A DNA stretch of 63,346 nt, counting the filler, from Octopus bimaculoides (lineage: Eukaryota): the NCBI RefSeq assembly GCF_001194135.2. It is 4 parts of 4 records of this genome, joined end to end, with 100 filler letters (N's around TTAATTAATTAA, not from the genome) between each part and the next. Parts side by side here need not be neighbours in the genome. Positions count along the whole stretch, not along the records: positions 29,695 to 55,832 come from NC_068986.1; positions 55,933 to 63,346 come from NC_068988.1; 2 more parts are not named here. One strand, written 5' to 3'. Positions 49,820 through 63,346 of the stretch are shown here, piece after piece (within the stretch, counting starts at the first letter, position 1; each line of letters starts with the position of its first letter). A program made the position numbers and the translations under genes. The notes below the pieces were generated by a model. It made no database searches. It was not told the DNA's origin and saw nothing but the letters and a program-made list of their open reading frames with translations.

Positions 49820-50042
49820 TTTATATATTTATATTTATATATTTGATCCTTTATATTGAACACTCAATATTTCATCTACATTCAATACTTTCTTTCATGG
49901 TGCCATCCATTTTTATTTTATTTTATTTTATATTATATATTATATTATATATTGTATATTCCATATTCTATACCCCACATTGGTTCTGCAGGAATATAAA
50001 TAAAACATAAAAAACAGACAGTGTTGGAACTCTTTTAAACAA

Positions 50043-50088
<46 letters not shown>

Positions 50089-50159
50089 ATATATATATAT
50101 ANNNNNNNNNNNNNNNNNNNNNNNNNNNNNNNNNNNNNNNNNNNNNNNNNNNNNNNNNN

Positions 50160-50202
<43 letters not shown>

Positions 50203-50204
<2 letters not shown>

Positions 50205-50385
50205 GGGCTTCTTTGAGTTTCTGTCTACCAAATCCACTCACAAGGCTTAGGTCAGCCAAAGAACATAGTATGGTTGGCCTGGGGCTAAAGTAGGAGACAC
50301 TTGTCCAAGGTACCACACAGCAGGATTCAACCCAGAACCATGTGGTTGAAAAGCAAACTTCTTACACATGGCCATATTTGCACCT
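50203..50385 (-). mobile_element. tRNA-derived SINE (family A), 5' half
   Basis: Reverse complement of the family head; abuts (CA)n and a gap. Confidence 0.75.
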
Positions 50386-51916
50386 AAAACATTTAGTTAT
50401 TTTCCTTTTAGAACTACATTAGCTAAAGTGTCTTTTCAACTTTAAAACAGTAGCAAAGGATCTGAATGAACCTAGGCTGCTATTTCTTGCAAGCTAAGTG
50501 CCTACACAGAGACTCACTCACTGGCTCAAACATAAACTTCCTCTCCATCAAGAATTTTTATATTTTACTCCCTCGCTGATTTGCTCCAATTACAGGATAT
50601 TATAAGAGTGAATTCATATGAAACGTACAGACAACATACAACTATCTAAATACTCAATTCAGATTGAAATCCGATTAATAATTAATCTTCTCAATGATTG
50701 GTGGGAATGAGAACATCCATAAGACCAGTTGTTTAATTTTTCATCCTATTACAACCAACACCTGACATTTCTCTTGTGAGTAGATGGTGATCTATCATCG
50801 AACAAGCATCCTAGAAATTCTGGGGTCTACGTATTTCCTTAAGGGAGGTGAGCTTATTCAGCTGAAATATAATGAAACAGCTGCACCAGATTTTTAAGCA
50901 AGGACCTAAGCATCTGGCCATGATGTCACAGCGCTAGATTCAGTTTAATACCAATCAATATTTAATCAATTAAGAGGGTCAATATTTAGATATAAACCCT
51001 GGGATCACCAGAACTAACTATATTTTGGTAAACAACTTTCACCTTTTCATTATCGAATAACTAGAATAAGAGGAAAACTTTGTTTTTAGAGGCAGACATA
51101 CGCATACAGAGGAGCACGCACACACTCATCATTGTTAAAACCAGTTTTCTAACAATGTGACTCACGAGATATGATAGATTAATATTTAATAAAATATGAA
51201 ACAGAAGAAAAAAAAACAAACATGTTTTTAAAAAAAAAAAAATACAGGAAAATAAAAGCAATTATCTCTTTTGGCCTATATACAAATGATATTTATTCAG
51301 ACACACACAGACACATGCGAGCGAGCGTGCACTTTCTAAAAAAGGTGTGCGGGGTTGGGGGAAAGACTCCCACACTGGAGGTAAGACAAAAGTATATCAT
51401 TACTATCCCAACGTATATTTGGAGAAGGAAGGGGGCGCATGTTGAAAGGAGGTTGAAGGTAGTGACATTTTCACAAATCTTACAGTGTGTGTGTGTGTGT
51501 GTGTGTGNNNNNNNNNNNNNNNNNNNNNNNNNNNNNNNNNNNNNNNNGAGTATTAACATATGAACTAAAGAGAGGGGAGGGGGCATAAGAGAACGAGGAT
51601 GGGGGGGAGGTACAGATGAAAGCAACAGTAAAGCGGAGGAGAGAGGGAGGGATAGACTTATATAGGGAAGACAGAAGAGGCAGAGGGGAAGAAAGACAGA
51701 AGAGGCAGAGGGGAAGAAAGACAGAAGAGGGGGGAGACAGGAGAAGTGGGTGTGGGTGGGAATATGGAAGGTGGAGAGAGAGGCAGACAAACAAATAAAT
51801 TGAGAGAGATGGGGAGAAAGAGAGTGCTAGAAAGAGGAAGAAACCGTCTGTTAATTAAAATGAACAGAACTGCAACGGATAGTATGAAGGATAACTAGAG
51901 AAGAAGAGAAAGGACA

Positions 51917-51956
<40 letters not shown>

Positions 51957-52264
51957 GAAAGGTTCCCCATGGTCCAGCTGGGAAGTGAAAGTGTGTGTGT
52001 GTGTGTGTGTGTACAAGGAGGAGGAGGAGGAGATTTATTGATCCAGTCAGAAGTCTAACACTGAAATGCACACACACACAAACAACCTACATTCCATCAT
52101 GTTGCACAGGTTCAAGCCTCACCTCACACCTCTTTCCCTTCCAACCGTTACAGATCTGTAAGTTTATCAGACCGTGAAATAATGAACATGCATTTGGCAT
52201 ATGTAACATTGCTTGCTTTCATTTTAGACATCAGTTGCATGCACACACACAGACACGTGTTTTT

Positions 52265-52625
52265 CTGTCTTGCTTCAGTCAATAGACTGCTACCATGCTG
52301 GAGCATTGCGTCCAAGAATTTTTAGATGAATGAATCAACACCAGTACCTTTTTTTTTAAAGTCTGGTACTTATTCCATCGATCTCCTTTACCAAACCGCT
52401 AACTTACAGGGATGTAAACACACCAACACTGGTTGTTAAGCGGTGGTAGGGGACAAACACACACACACAACAGGTTTTCGGTTTCCATCTGCCAAGACCA
52501 CTCACAAGGCTTTGGTCAGCCAGAGGCTTTAATACAAAACACATAAGGTGCCACGCAATGAGACTGAACTTGGAACCATGAGACAGGGAAGCAAACTTCT
52601 TACCACACAGCCATGCCTGCGCAGG
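52265..52625 (-). mobile_element. tRNA-derived SINE (family A)
   Basis: Head at 52475-52625 and 3' module at 52265-52460. Confidence 0.75.
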
Positions 52626-52809
52626 TATTTTCACAAACACATGCAAATACACACACAGCTCTCCAATAACTCACTGTGTGAAACTGGCACATAAAATTCA
52701 CAAATTTGGGTGGACAACTAAACTTTCATTGACAATCCCACCAAAGTTCCTCATTTACTGAGTCAAAGCCACTAATAAATACACAAATGCAATGAACAGC
52801 TCCTGGTAT

Positions 52810-53150
52810 CCTCATCATTTAACGTCCACTTTCCATGCTAGCATGGGTTGGATGATTTGACTGGGAACTGGCAAACCAGATGGCAACACCAGACTCCAAT
52901 CTGATCTGGCAGAGTTTCTACAGCTGGATGCCCTTCCTAACGCCAACCACTCCAAGAGTGTAGTGGGTGCTTTTTATGTGCCACCAACAAGAGGGCCAGT
53001 CTGGCGGTACTGGCAACGGCCATGCTCAAAATGGTGTTTTTTTACGTGCCACCTGCACAGGAGTCAGTCCAATGTTTTGTTCACATGCCACTGGCTTTTT
53101 TTACGTGCCACGGGCATGGAAGCGAGACCACTGCTCTGGTAGTGATCCCG
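52810..53150 (-). mobile_element. RTE-tail-derived repeat
   Basis: Colinear with 17352-17735. Confidence 0.75.
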
Positions 53151-54247
53151 GTCGAGGTTGTTATAATTTCAACCTGAAGCTTCCTAGCAACAAGGGTCAT
53201 GTCTCCTATACCTGAGTCCCTGCAGAAGCCACACTGCGATGACCAATGGTGTGATATTGCCTCATGTTGACTGGACCTCAATCAGGACCCACAAGTGTTA
53301 CACACCTACTACTGGACCAAATGATGATGATGAAAATGGTGAAGGCTGAACACTTAACAAAATTCTTCCATGATTGCCAGAGCCATAAGTTTAGGACTGC
53401 TTAGGGATTGGCTCAAATGGTCTCCTTGGTGCTCTACTAATGTGCGCTGGTCTTTCAATAAAGAAATGCTGTCTGATGGCATGACTGATGCCAAAGAATA
53501 AGTCTCAAGATGATAAGGAATTATTATTGCACTATGGAAATTGTCTTGCTTATTTGCATACATTTGAATTTCCTGCAACCACAAAAACCTGCAAGACCTT
53601 AAAATCTAAATACAAAGTTACATGGAAAGTTACCATATTTTTATCTTTAAAACTTTGCCACTGAGTACGTGGACAGTCATAATAAATTCTAAAATAGCAA
53701 CCAAGTAGATAAAACATAAATACATAGACATATACACACAAACATACATATGCACAGATGTATACATACATTCATATACAACCCAATATATGTTAAGAGA
53801 ATGGCTGTAAGTTCAAGTTATAGATCAGCTCTCCATCTAGGTAGCTGAATCATTGCTTAAGACAGCAATAGGCTATGTGACTTCATAAATAAGGAATGTC
53901 TTTGATGCAATACTTCCAAGAGAATCAATATTCCCAGACCATCCAAAGATTGTCAGCATTTAAAATAAATTCTTGTGATTACAATTAATTTATTTATCAA
54001 TAAAACCCTGATAATGCTGGGTATTGCGATAAAGGATGGTGATTATGATGATGATAAACACATAAGCAATTACCTGCATACATACACATACATTATATAT
54101 ATATATACATATGCACACATTTGCATACACAAGTGTGTGTATATACACATGCACACACAAAGGTATCTATATGTACTTAAATCAAGTGATGAACTGAAGG
54201 TGTGTATATAATGTATATTGTATAAGAAGACTTTCCACAAATAGGAA

Positions 54248-54278
<31 letters not shown>

Positions 54279-54433
54279 CATCATCATCGTCGTTTAACGT
54301 CCGCTTTCCATGCTAGCATGGGTTGGACATATATATATATAAATTCAATAATAGGATGAATTCTTTTACAAGAATTTATCAAGTAGCTAGCGTGAAAAAA
54401 TCCATTTATTCCCCAAAATATATTTATCTATAT

Positions 54434-54586
54434 AAGGGCATTACTATACAAGAATGCCTCATGCTATGAGGGACTCTAAGGTCAAACTACCATAATAAAC
54501 ACATTTTTACAATAAATGTGTTTATTATGGTAGTTTGACCTTAGAGTCCCTCATAGGGTGAGGCATTTTTGTATAGTAATGCCCTT
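54434..54586. repeat. Near-perfect 153-bp palindrome (73-bp arms, 7-nt loop, 3 mismatches)
   Basis: 54434-54506 versus reverse complement of 54514-54586; the right arm ends at an N gap. Confidence 0.9.
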
Positions 54587-55832
54587 NNNNNNNNNNNNNN
54601 NNNNNNNNNNNNNNNNNNNNNNNNNNNNNNNNNNNNNNNNNNNNNNNNNNNNNNNNNNNNNNNNNNNNNNNNNNNNNNNNNNNNNNNNNNNNNNNNNNNN
54701 NNNNNNNNNNNNNNNTATATATATATTTTTAAAAACTGATTACAAACAACAAAACAACAGCTATTCATCAGTCATATTTATTAAACCCATGGCCTTTTAA
54801 AGGCATCGGTGCTTGTTGATCTGTCCCTCCTTTATTTTACCCCCACACAGTAAGTAACACCAGAACTAAGCAGAGACAACATCCAAGGAAGACGGGGAAG
54901 GAACGACAAGACCAATTTTTATTACTGACCAACATATGTGTAGTAATAGTAAAACTCGGTGAGCGAGTGATCAGCTAGAGTGGTGGTGTGATGAGTGAAA
55001 AATAGCCAGTCGTGAGTAGCAAGCAAGCTAGCTGTTCCATTTGTGTCCGAAACATGAAGCACAGCACCATCATTGCCTTCAACCAACAGAAATAATAGTA
55101 CAAGGTCACCTATATTAGTTGTCTCTACAATAATAAGCAACTAATTACTGCTTTCCTTCCTATTATTGTAGTTATTTCATTATTATTATTATTTATGGAA
55201 ATTAAATATTTTGTAATGCATTTTTAAAATTTTGTTTATATATATTTTTTCAGACTTCATTTAAAAAGAAGAAAAAAACCAATTACATAACACCATAAAA
55301 ACTAAATTAATTTCAAAAATAATCACAACTAGATTACAACAGCATTAAAACCATTAAAAAAAGAAGAAGAAAAGCTATTTGAAATGTAATTTATGGCTTG
55401 TTAGTAAATAGTGATATAACCAAGAGATATATTTGTTTGTGTGTGGAGGGAGTTCAAATTACGACTAAGGTCGATCATTTCAGGCAACTGGGCGTTTTCA
55501 GATTTTAGCATCAATGAAGGTTTTAGATCAATCTGAAGTGCTTTCATCATAGCATGTGTTAACAGCTACACCAACCCACACTAGCAGTTTCAGGAATGAA
55601 TCATTAAGAAAGCAAGTTTTCCCCACCCACCCACCATTGGTTGTTTACAATTAAATATAAATTCAGTTTAAATTTATTCACTGGGTTCAGGATAAATTTA
55701 AACAGAATAAAACTTTTGAAGCAAAAAACAAAGGTTCGTTTTATTGATACAAGGAATAACACATTATTAGATTTAGGGTGCATTATCACTATGTACATAT
55801 ATGCATATGTGTGTGTGTATATATATATATAT

Positions 55833-55932
55833 NNNNNNNNNNNNNNNNNNNNNNNNNNNNNNNNNNNNNNNNNNNNTTAATTAATTAANNNNNNNNNNNN
55901 NNNNNNNNNNNNNNNNNNNNNNNNNNNNNNNN
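55833..55932. other. Artificial scaffold linker
   Basis: 44 N + TTAATTAATTAA + 44 N. Confidence 0.95.
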
Positions 55933-56214
55933 TTAGGAACAAAGATTTCATAACGGTAAATATGTAAACGTGTCACCCATCAACGGGGGAAAAAATGGCA
56001 TTAGTAGGTGTGGGGAACGTACATATACATAGATACATTCACACACACGAATCCCCACACACACACGCACGCACGTACTCACGCACGCACGTACTCACGC
56101 ACGCGTACGCTCACACACACACACACACACACACAGGCAGATAAATAGATAGATAGATACACAGGCAGACAGACAGAGAGATAGCCAAACAGATAGACAG
56201 ATACATACATATCA

Positions 56215-56470
56215 CGTGACCGACCAAGCTATCAGATACTGTTACACATCGCTGATCACAATGCGCTTTTCCATTGCTTTTACCTTCAACTGACGCCACC
56301 CCGCTGGATAGGCGAGCAAGCCAACATTCCTCCATTGATCGAAAGTAGGACTGGAGCAGCGTGAAATGAAGTGTTTTGCTTAAGAACACAACGTGCCGCC
56401 CGGTCTGAAAATCGAACCCACGATCTAGCGATCGTGAGAGCGACAGCCTGATCACTAGGCCATACACCTT
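56215..56470 (-). mobile_element. tRNA-derived SINE (fourth family); partial relative at about 46140-46260
   Basis: TGGCCTAGTGATC A-box and GGTTCGATTTT B-box, then GTTGTGTTCTTAAGCAAAACACTTCATTTCAC. Confidence 0.7.
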
Positions 56471-56524
56471 TACACACGCACACGCGTGTGTGTGTGTATG
56501 TATGTATGTGTGTGCGCGCGCGTA

Positions 56525-56629
<105 letters not shown>

Positions 56630-57139
56630 GGATGGATGGATAGATAGATAGATAGATATTTGTTTACTCGAGTTATTTCATGGTCCCTTCACAGTAGCTG
56701 TGAAGAACGAACATGGCAAGCTCAGATTAGTGACTTTACGAAGCTTCATTTCCGACTAAAAGAATAGGCTGTACTTGTTGAATGCTTTCATCTCTCGTGT
56801 TTATATCCAAGCATACACACATGTGCTCTCAAATTATGTTCACTTAAAGGATATTTTCATTTTCAAATATAATTCGTTATAATCATGCCTAATTTTTTTA
56901 AATTCCTATTTAAGTTTTGAAAATTTCGGATATATTTTCTCATATGCAACCATTGAATTTTCGAAATCATTCTCACTACTTACTTTAGATCAATGTTTTC
57001 AGCCTCTCCTTTCGATTCCCGATTCTCAATAAATATGGTGTAAAGAAAGTTGTCTTGTATATCATGCGTTTTACTGCAGAATAAATCTTGCCATAATATC
57101 CTTATGAATAGTTATATGTGTAACAGCAATGTTACTTAA

Positions 57140-57630
57140 CAACGTCCGTATATCAAAGTTAACTTATATACAACACAATTTATTCCATAACATTACCAGC
57201 TTTCTATTAAAGTACTTTTGTATACAACAATATTGCATAACATCAACAATCGTTATTGAAGTAGTTGTGTATATAGTACGATTACCTAATGTTAACAATC
57301 TTACATTAAAGTAGTTTTTATACGACACAGTTGCATAACATTGCTAGCTTTATATTAAAGTATTTTGTATACAATAATATCGCATTACATCAACAGGTTT
57401 TTATTAAAGTTGCTTTGTATATAACACGATTACCTATCATTATCAGTCTTAAATTAAAGTAGTTTTGTATAACACTATTACATCACTTTAACAGCTTTAT
57501 ATTAAAGTAATTTGTATCTAACACGTTTGTTAACTGCTATATATTAAAGTAGTTTGTCTACAACGCTATCACAGCTCATTGACAGCTTATTATTAAGGTA
57601 GATTGACATATAATACTATTACATAATATT
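57140..57630. repeat. Degenerate ~50-bp tandem repeat with a ~148-bp trimeric higher-order period
   Basis: Core ATTAAAGTA..TTGTATA recurs about ten times; units start at 57187, 57237, 57287, 57335, 57384 and 57435. Confidence 0.75.
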
Positions 57631-58201
57631 AATATTTTTCCATTGCTGCCTAGCCTACTGCCTCTCTATACTACCATTAGTGTTGTAAGTAGCCAAAATC
57701 ACACTAATCTACAATGAAAGCAACAGAATCTATTTCAATAACACCGGAAACAATATATACATTTTTATAAACTACGAGTGAACTCTCTACATAACATTCC
57801 AAACGGTATCGGCTCTAGAAGTAAGGACAAAACCTTGTAGTTATTTCTCAATTGTCTCGCTGTATCCCATTCAGTGAGACGATTGTGAAATCACTGAAGC
57901 CAAACCCAACATTTATTTACTAATTTTGAGAAGAAAGTGGCTTGCGTTCAGCTTGTAGGTGGATGTTTGTATGAAATGTGACCACAAGGTGGGGTTTAAG
58001 AAAGTTGCAGTCTTGAAATGAAAAGATTAGACGTAAGTGAATATACTGTTGGGGAATTTGAAATGTGGTACTATCTGTGTGGAAGAGGGGGTACCTGTTA
58101 AGTGATATTATGTCAGGAGAAGATTTTGGTGAATTTGAGTGGACATAATATGCAAAAAGCTAGTTCGGGGTAGAAAAGGCTGTGGTAGCAACTGAAGAAA
58201 A

Positions 58202-58247
<46 letters not shown>

Positions 58248-58458
58248 AGAGAAAGAGTTAGGGGCTAAAGGGCGAAAAAAACACGATGCAAGGAAGAGGG
58301 TGAAAAAAAGGAAGATAGGGTTACATAAATATTCTTTACAACTTTGGAACGTGGAGAGCAATTTTGAGAGGAGGGGAAGTCGATTACTTTGATCCCAGCG
58401 TAGTTTATCGATCTCGAAAGGATGAAAGACAAAGTCGACCTTGGCAGAATTTGCCTGC

Positions 58459-58506
<48 letters not shown>

Positions 58507-58965
58507 TTCTATGTGTCTATATATGATATATATGATATATATAAATATATGTATANNNNNNNNNNNNNNNNNNNNNNNNNNNNNNNNNNNNNNNNNNNNN
58601 NNNNNNNNNNNNNNNNNNNNNNNNNNNNNNNNNNNNNNATAAATATATATATATATATGTATGTATGTATGTATGTATATATATATATATAAATATATAT
58701 ATATATATGTATGTATGTATGTATGTATATACGCACACACACAACATACATATATAGACACACAAAAACGCATATCATATAGGTATGCATGCATGTATGT
58801 ATGTTTGTTTTTAATTATGTATGTAAGCATACATACATAAGTAAGCACGTGGGTCCAAAACACGTTGAGAAAAATAGTTCACGAATACTAATGGTAGATT
58901 AAAATCTTGTTTTATTGGAGCGGAAAATAAGTTGTTTTTCAACTTCAATAAAAAAAATATATATG

Positions 58966-59001
<36 letters not shown>

Positions 59002-59321
59002 CGTGCATTTGTGTAATATTTCTCCGTTTTTTTCCCGTCCTGGTTTTCGTATACATTCGCTTACTTTCTTCCAAAGAATCTAGTGCTCTTAGCTTAGATC
59101 TTCTTGGGACCGGCCAGATTGGAGCAGTCTCGAGTGTAACCCGCTGAAACTGCAGGGATGATTTGGAACTCGACTGACGATAGAAGGCTCCGAATGACCT
59201 GTCCTTAATTTTTCCTGTCCTACGTTGTATCGCCTAACTGTTCGGATGTTTTGTAGTCGCCTGTTACGTTCTTGTTCCATTTTTGTGTTCTTGTTTATAC
59301 ATACATACATACATACATACA

Positions 59322-59369
<48 letters not shown>

Positions 59370-59802
59370 GTCAGTTTGTTGACCACAACCCAGAAACAAA
59401 AGCACAATCAATTAACATGTACTTCCGCTCAACATGTCTTAAAAGACGTGAATGTTGTTTCGCTTAGTGGCAATATTCGACATGAAACCAACGGTAGTAT
59501 TCTGAGCAGTTATAGCGTGGTAGGGTATGTATGTATGTGCTTGTTTGTTTGTTTGTGTGTGTGTGTGTGCGTGTGTGTATGTGTGTTTGTGTGTGTGTGA
59601 ATGTGTGTTTGTGTCTACCGAGCAAGTGTAGAAATAAATCTTTACGTATATTCAATACATCCCACGTGTAAGAACTGCTGAATAAACGTAAAAATTTATT
59701 TACACACTTGTTCCATATTCGTACTGGAATTGAAGTTCAGACAGAACATACAATAGTAACACTTTTGCTCCTCACATACGGATCGCTTAAAATATTAACG
59801 AG

Positions 59803-59845
<43 letters not shown>

Positions 59846-60724
59846 GAATATAACAAGATACATATCATACATATTTATATGCAAAATATGTACGATCAAG
59901 CCATCATAAAGAAGAGAAATTATACATCTTCAAAATTTATTTATTAAAGTGTTATTCACACCAAATTCCAATCTGGCACGTGTTTCTGCTGGATGATTGA
60001 TTTAAATTTAAATCAACGAAATGCACNNNNNNNNNNNNNNNNNNNNNNNNNNNNNNNNNNNNNNNNNNNNNNNNNNNNNNNNNNNNNNNNNNNNNNNNNN
60101 NNNNNNNNNNNNNNNNNNNNNNNNNNNNNNNNNNNNNNNNNNNNNNNNNNNNNNNNNNNNNNNNNNNNNNNNNNNNNNNNNNNNNNNNNNNNNNNNNNNN
60201 NNNNNNNNNNNNNNNNNNNNNNNNNNNNNNNNNNNNNNNNNNNNNNNNNNNNNNNNNNNNNNNNNNNNNNNNNNNNNNNNNNNNNNNNNNNNNNNNNNNN
60301 NNNNNNNNNNNNNNNNNNNNNNNNNNNNNNNNNNNNNNNNNNNNNNNNNNNNNNNNNNNNNNNNNNNNNNNNNNNNNNNNNNNNNNNNNNNNNNNNNNNN
60401 NNNNNNNNNNNNNNNNNNNNNNNNNNNNNNNNNNNNNNNNNNNNNNNNNNNNNNNNNNNNNNNNNNNNNNNNNNNNNNNNNNNNNNNNNNNNNNNNNNNN
60501 NNNNNNNNNNNNNNNNNNNNNNNNNNNNNNNNNNNNNNNNNNNNNNNNNNNNNNNNNNNNNNNNNNNNNNNNNNNNNNNNNNNNNNNNNNNNNNNNNNNN
60601 NNNNNNNNNNNNNNNNNNNNNNNNNNNNNNNNNNNNNNNNNNNNNNNNNNNNNNNNNNNNNNNNNNNNNNNNNNNNNNNNNNNNNNNNNNNNNNNNNNNN
60701 NNNNNNNNNNNNNNNNNNNNNNNN

Positions 60725-60768
<44 letters not shown>

Positions 60769-60779
60769 ATACATGCATG

Positions 60780-60816
<37 letters not shown>

Positions 60817-61090
60817 CATACACCTGTATATATACACACATATAAATTGAATTTCTGTGTCTATATGTCTGTAATGGCAAGGTTCATCCTGTTCGCTTTA
60901 AGTATTATATAAACCAACCTAATGGCGTCTCTCTCGTTGTTTGTATTAATTCTGTTAACGTTTCATGGCTTCAGCACTTCAAATTTATCTTCTCACAACA
61001 CGATTAATTCAGCTAAAAGAACATTAAACTAACAACTAAAAGTAAACGATAAAGTAAATACATCTCCACATACATACACACACACATACA

Positions 61091-61124
<34 letters not shown>

Positions 61125-62313
61125 CATACATACATACATACATACATACATACATAAATATATACATACATGCGTATGTACGCACATATATATATACATT
61201 CATGCATACATACATTTATTCATACAAATATACATTCAGACATACATCTATGCATACATATACACATGCACTCGTATGTATCCATATGTTTGTGTATATG
61301 CATGTATAAATGTATGTATATGTGCATGTGTGTATGAGCGCGCGGACGCGCGTATGCTCACATGTACACACAAACACACACACACACGTATATAAATATC
61401 TATATGTATACATATATAGGTTCATACATACGCATAAACACGCATGCACACACGCGTGCGCGCACACTCACACACATACACGTGCCTATTTATATATTCA
61501 TATTGCATAGATACATATATGAATGTATATATATATATATATATGTATACATATATGTATATAAATATATATGTATACATAAGTATATGTATGCACACAC
61601 ACGCATACACATACACGCACGCACACTCAAACACACGCATGTACGCACGCACGCCCTTACATATACTCTTATATATGAAAATGCTATCGCAATCACGTGA
61701 CATCCATTAGCCGACAAGAATTGGTTCGAGGAAGAATTATTTTAAGTTTTCGATTTGCTTTCAATAGCTTTAAAAATTGAACTGGAATATTCCTGAAGAA
61801 ATTATAATAAAATTACTCCCCCTCCCCGCATCTTCCACCCCACCCCTGCCACCTTCAATCGCCTCAACCTCCCCTTCTTCATCCTGCTGGTGCCGTCTTG
61901 GCAACCAGCAGCTTCGACGATTATCGTTGGTTTAAGCAAATTTCTGTACAGTTTTGCAAACAATGTGTTCATATATGATAATGTAGAATACAGAAACGAA
62001 ACAGATTGTATATACGATGTCTGTCGATAATGAATTGTGAAAATATCAAATGTATTTTCGCCGACATCCGTGTATGTAAAAAAAACAAAAAACATTTAGA
62101 ATAAAGCAGACGTATTATTCATAGATGTGTATTGTGTGTCTGTGTGTGTGTGAGTGTGTCCGCGCACTTGTGTGACGTGTATTTCCCCCGCTCCCAACAC
62201 ACACCAACACTCAAACACTTGCATATAATGTAAATTCTTCAAAACAAGGCGGCCATAAATATAAATACATGTATGTATTTGTGCTAATGAATATGTATAT
62301 ACATATGTATTGG

Positions 62314-62357
<44 letters not shown>

Positions 62358-62470
62358 NNNNNNNNNNNNNNNNNNNNNNNNNNNNNNNNNNNNNNNNNNN
62401 NNNNNNNNNNNNNNNNNNNNNNNNNNNNNNNNNNNNNNNNNNNNNNNNNNNNNNNNNATATATAAGTATA

Positions 62471-63317
62471 TGAGTTATGATCAATAAGTATCCGCACTAT
62501 TGCCATAGTAACGAAGCTAAAGCTCGCAGAGTGAACCCTGTGGGCTAAGATTGACCTTTAACTCTGCTGTACATGCGCATTAAGTTGAAACGTTCTAGCT
62601 CACTTCCGCTGTTTACGGCCGTGCTTGGAAAGAAGGTGTGTAGCGTGTGATCGATCGTCGCGTCGATCATGACAGAGAAAGTTATCATACCTACTCAGAG
62701 GCCTACACAAAGTTGCAGGAAGTGTACGGAGCCGCACATAAGTGTACGACTGGTTCAGACGTTTCCAAGATGTCTGAATCAATGTCGATATTGACGACCG
62801 TTCTGAGAGACTCGTAGAGCTGAGACAATACATCAGCAGAACAGAGATGCGTGCAGCTGTAAAGGAAAATCGTTGAATCACCATCCCCGAGTTATCAGAA
62901 GATGTGCAAATTGTTTACGGTTCAGTTCAGTCCATTATCACTGAAGATTTTGGATATGAGACGTATGTCTGCAAGTTTGTATAAAACTGCTTTCAGGTGA
63001 CCAAAAAGACACACGGGTTTCAGCTGCACAAGATATCTTTGATTGTATCGAGAAGGATGAAAAGTGTTTGAAAAGCATCGCCATACTTTTAGCTAAACTT
63101 GATGCAGATTCTCTGCTCAATTTTCTCTGTCATTTCAAATGCGTCCATCACACGCGACACACGTTTCTTCCAAGAACTGCGAAAGTAAGCTAGAATGTTA
63201 AAACTTAGTGCGCATGCACAGCAGAGTTGAAGGTCAATCTGTGACCAGCGGCTTTATTCTGCGTACTTTAGTTTCGTTACTATGGTAACAATCCGGATTC
63301 TTATTGATCAGATCTCG
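62471..63317. mobile_element. Second copy of the two-5'-end mariner derivative, opposite orientation to 35405-36307
   Basis: TA at 62469-62470 and 63318-63319; terminus CGAGATCTGATCAATAAG; long transposase arm on plus and short arm MTEKIEQRICIKF on minus. Confidence 0.85.
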
Positions 63318-63346
63318 TATATATATATATATACATACATATATAT

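Noticed and set aside
55400-55550. Minus-strand frame MMKALQIDLKPSLMLKSENAQLPEMID as the GGNBP2 first exon
   Set aside because: Only QLP..ID resembles the expected QIPLYID; no MARLVAVC-like start and no phase-0 donor at the right position.
59089-59346. 85-aa ORF in a moderately GC-rich patch
   Set aside because: Starts in a microsatellite and has no recognisable domain; probably part of an unclassified repeat.

Overview
Eukaryotic, AT-rich, microsatellite- and repeat-dense DNA from a draft animal assembly. The SINE, RTE and mariner repertoire looks like coleoid cephalopod (Octopus-like); this is an inference. The window is not one continuous locus. Three identical 100-bp linkers (44 N + TTAATTAATTAA + 44 N) split it into four scaffolds: 1-19690, 19791-29594, 29695-55832 and 55933-63346. 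The only host gene recognised is GGNBP2/ZNF403, as two spliced minus-strand coding exons (33449-33642 and 31431-31574). Everything else identifiable is transposon-derived or simple repeat. The richest region is 1-6750, a three-level nest: a Penelope-like element, interrupted at a TA by a TIR-bounded Tc1/mariner-superfamily element, which itself contains a head-to-tail tandem of a HERO-like RLE non-LTR retrotransposon. The 5' UTR of the long HERO copy carries five regularly spaced hairpins with one shared loop (GAAAGA/GAGAGA) and five different stems, the best candidate here for an undescribed structured-RNA element. Other notable items are a minimal hammerhead-ribozyme-like motif (49780-49819), two copies of a mariner derivative built from two 5' ends, inverted repeats bracketing the GGNBP2 exons, and a ~50-bp satellite with a ~148-bp higher-order period. 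All calls come from manual reading; no database searches or folding computations were run, and boundaries of decayed repeats are approximate.
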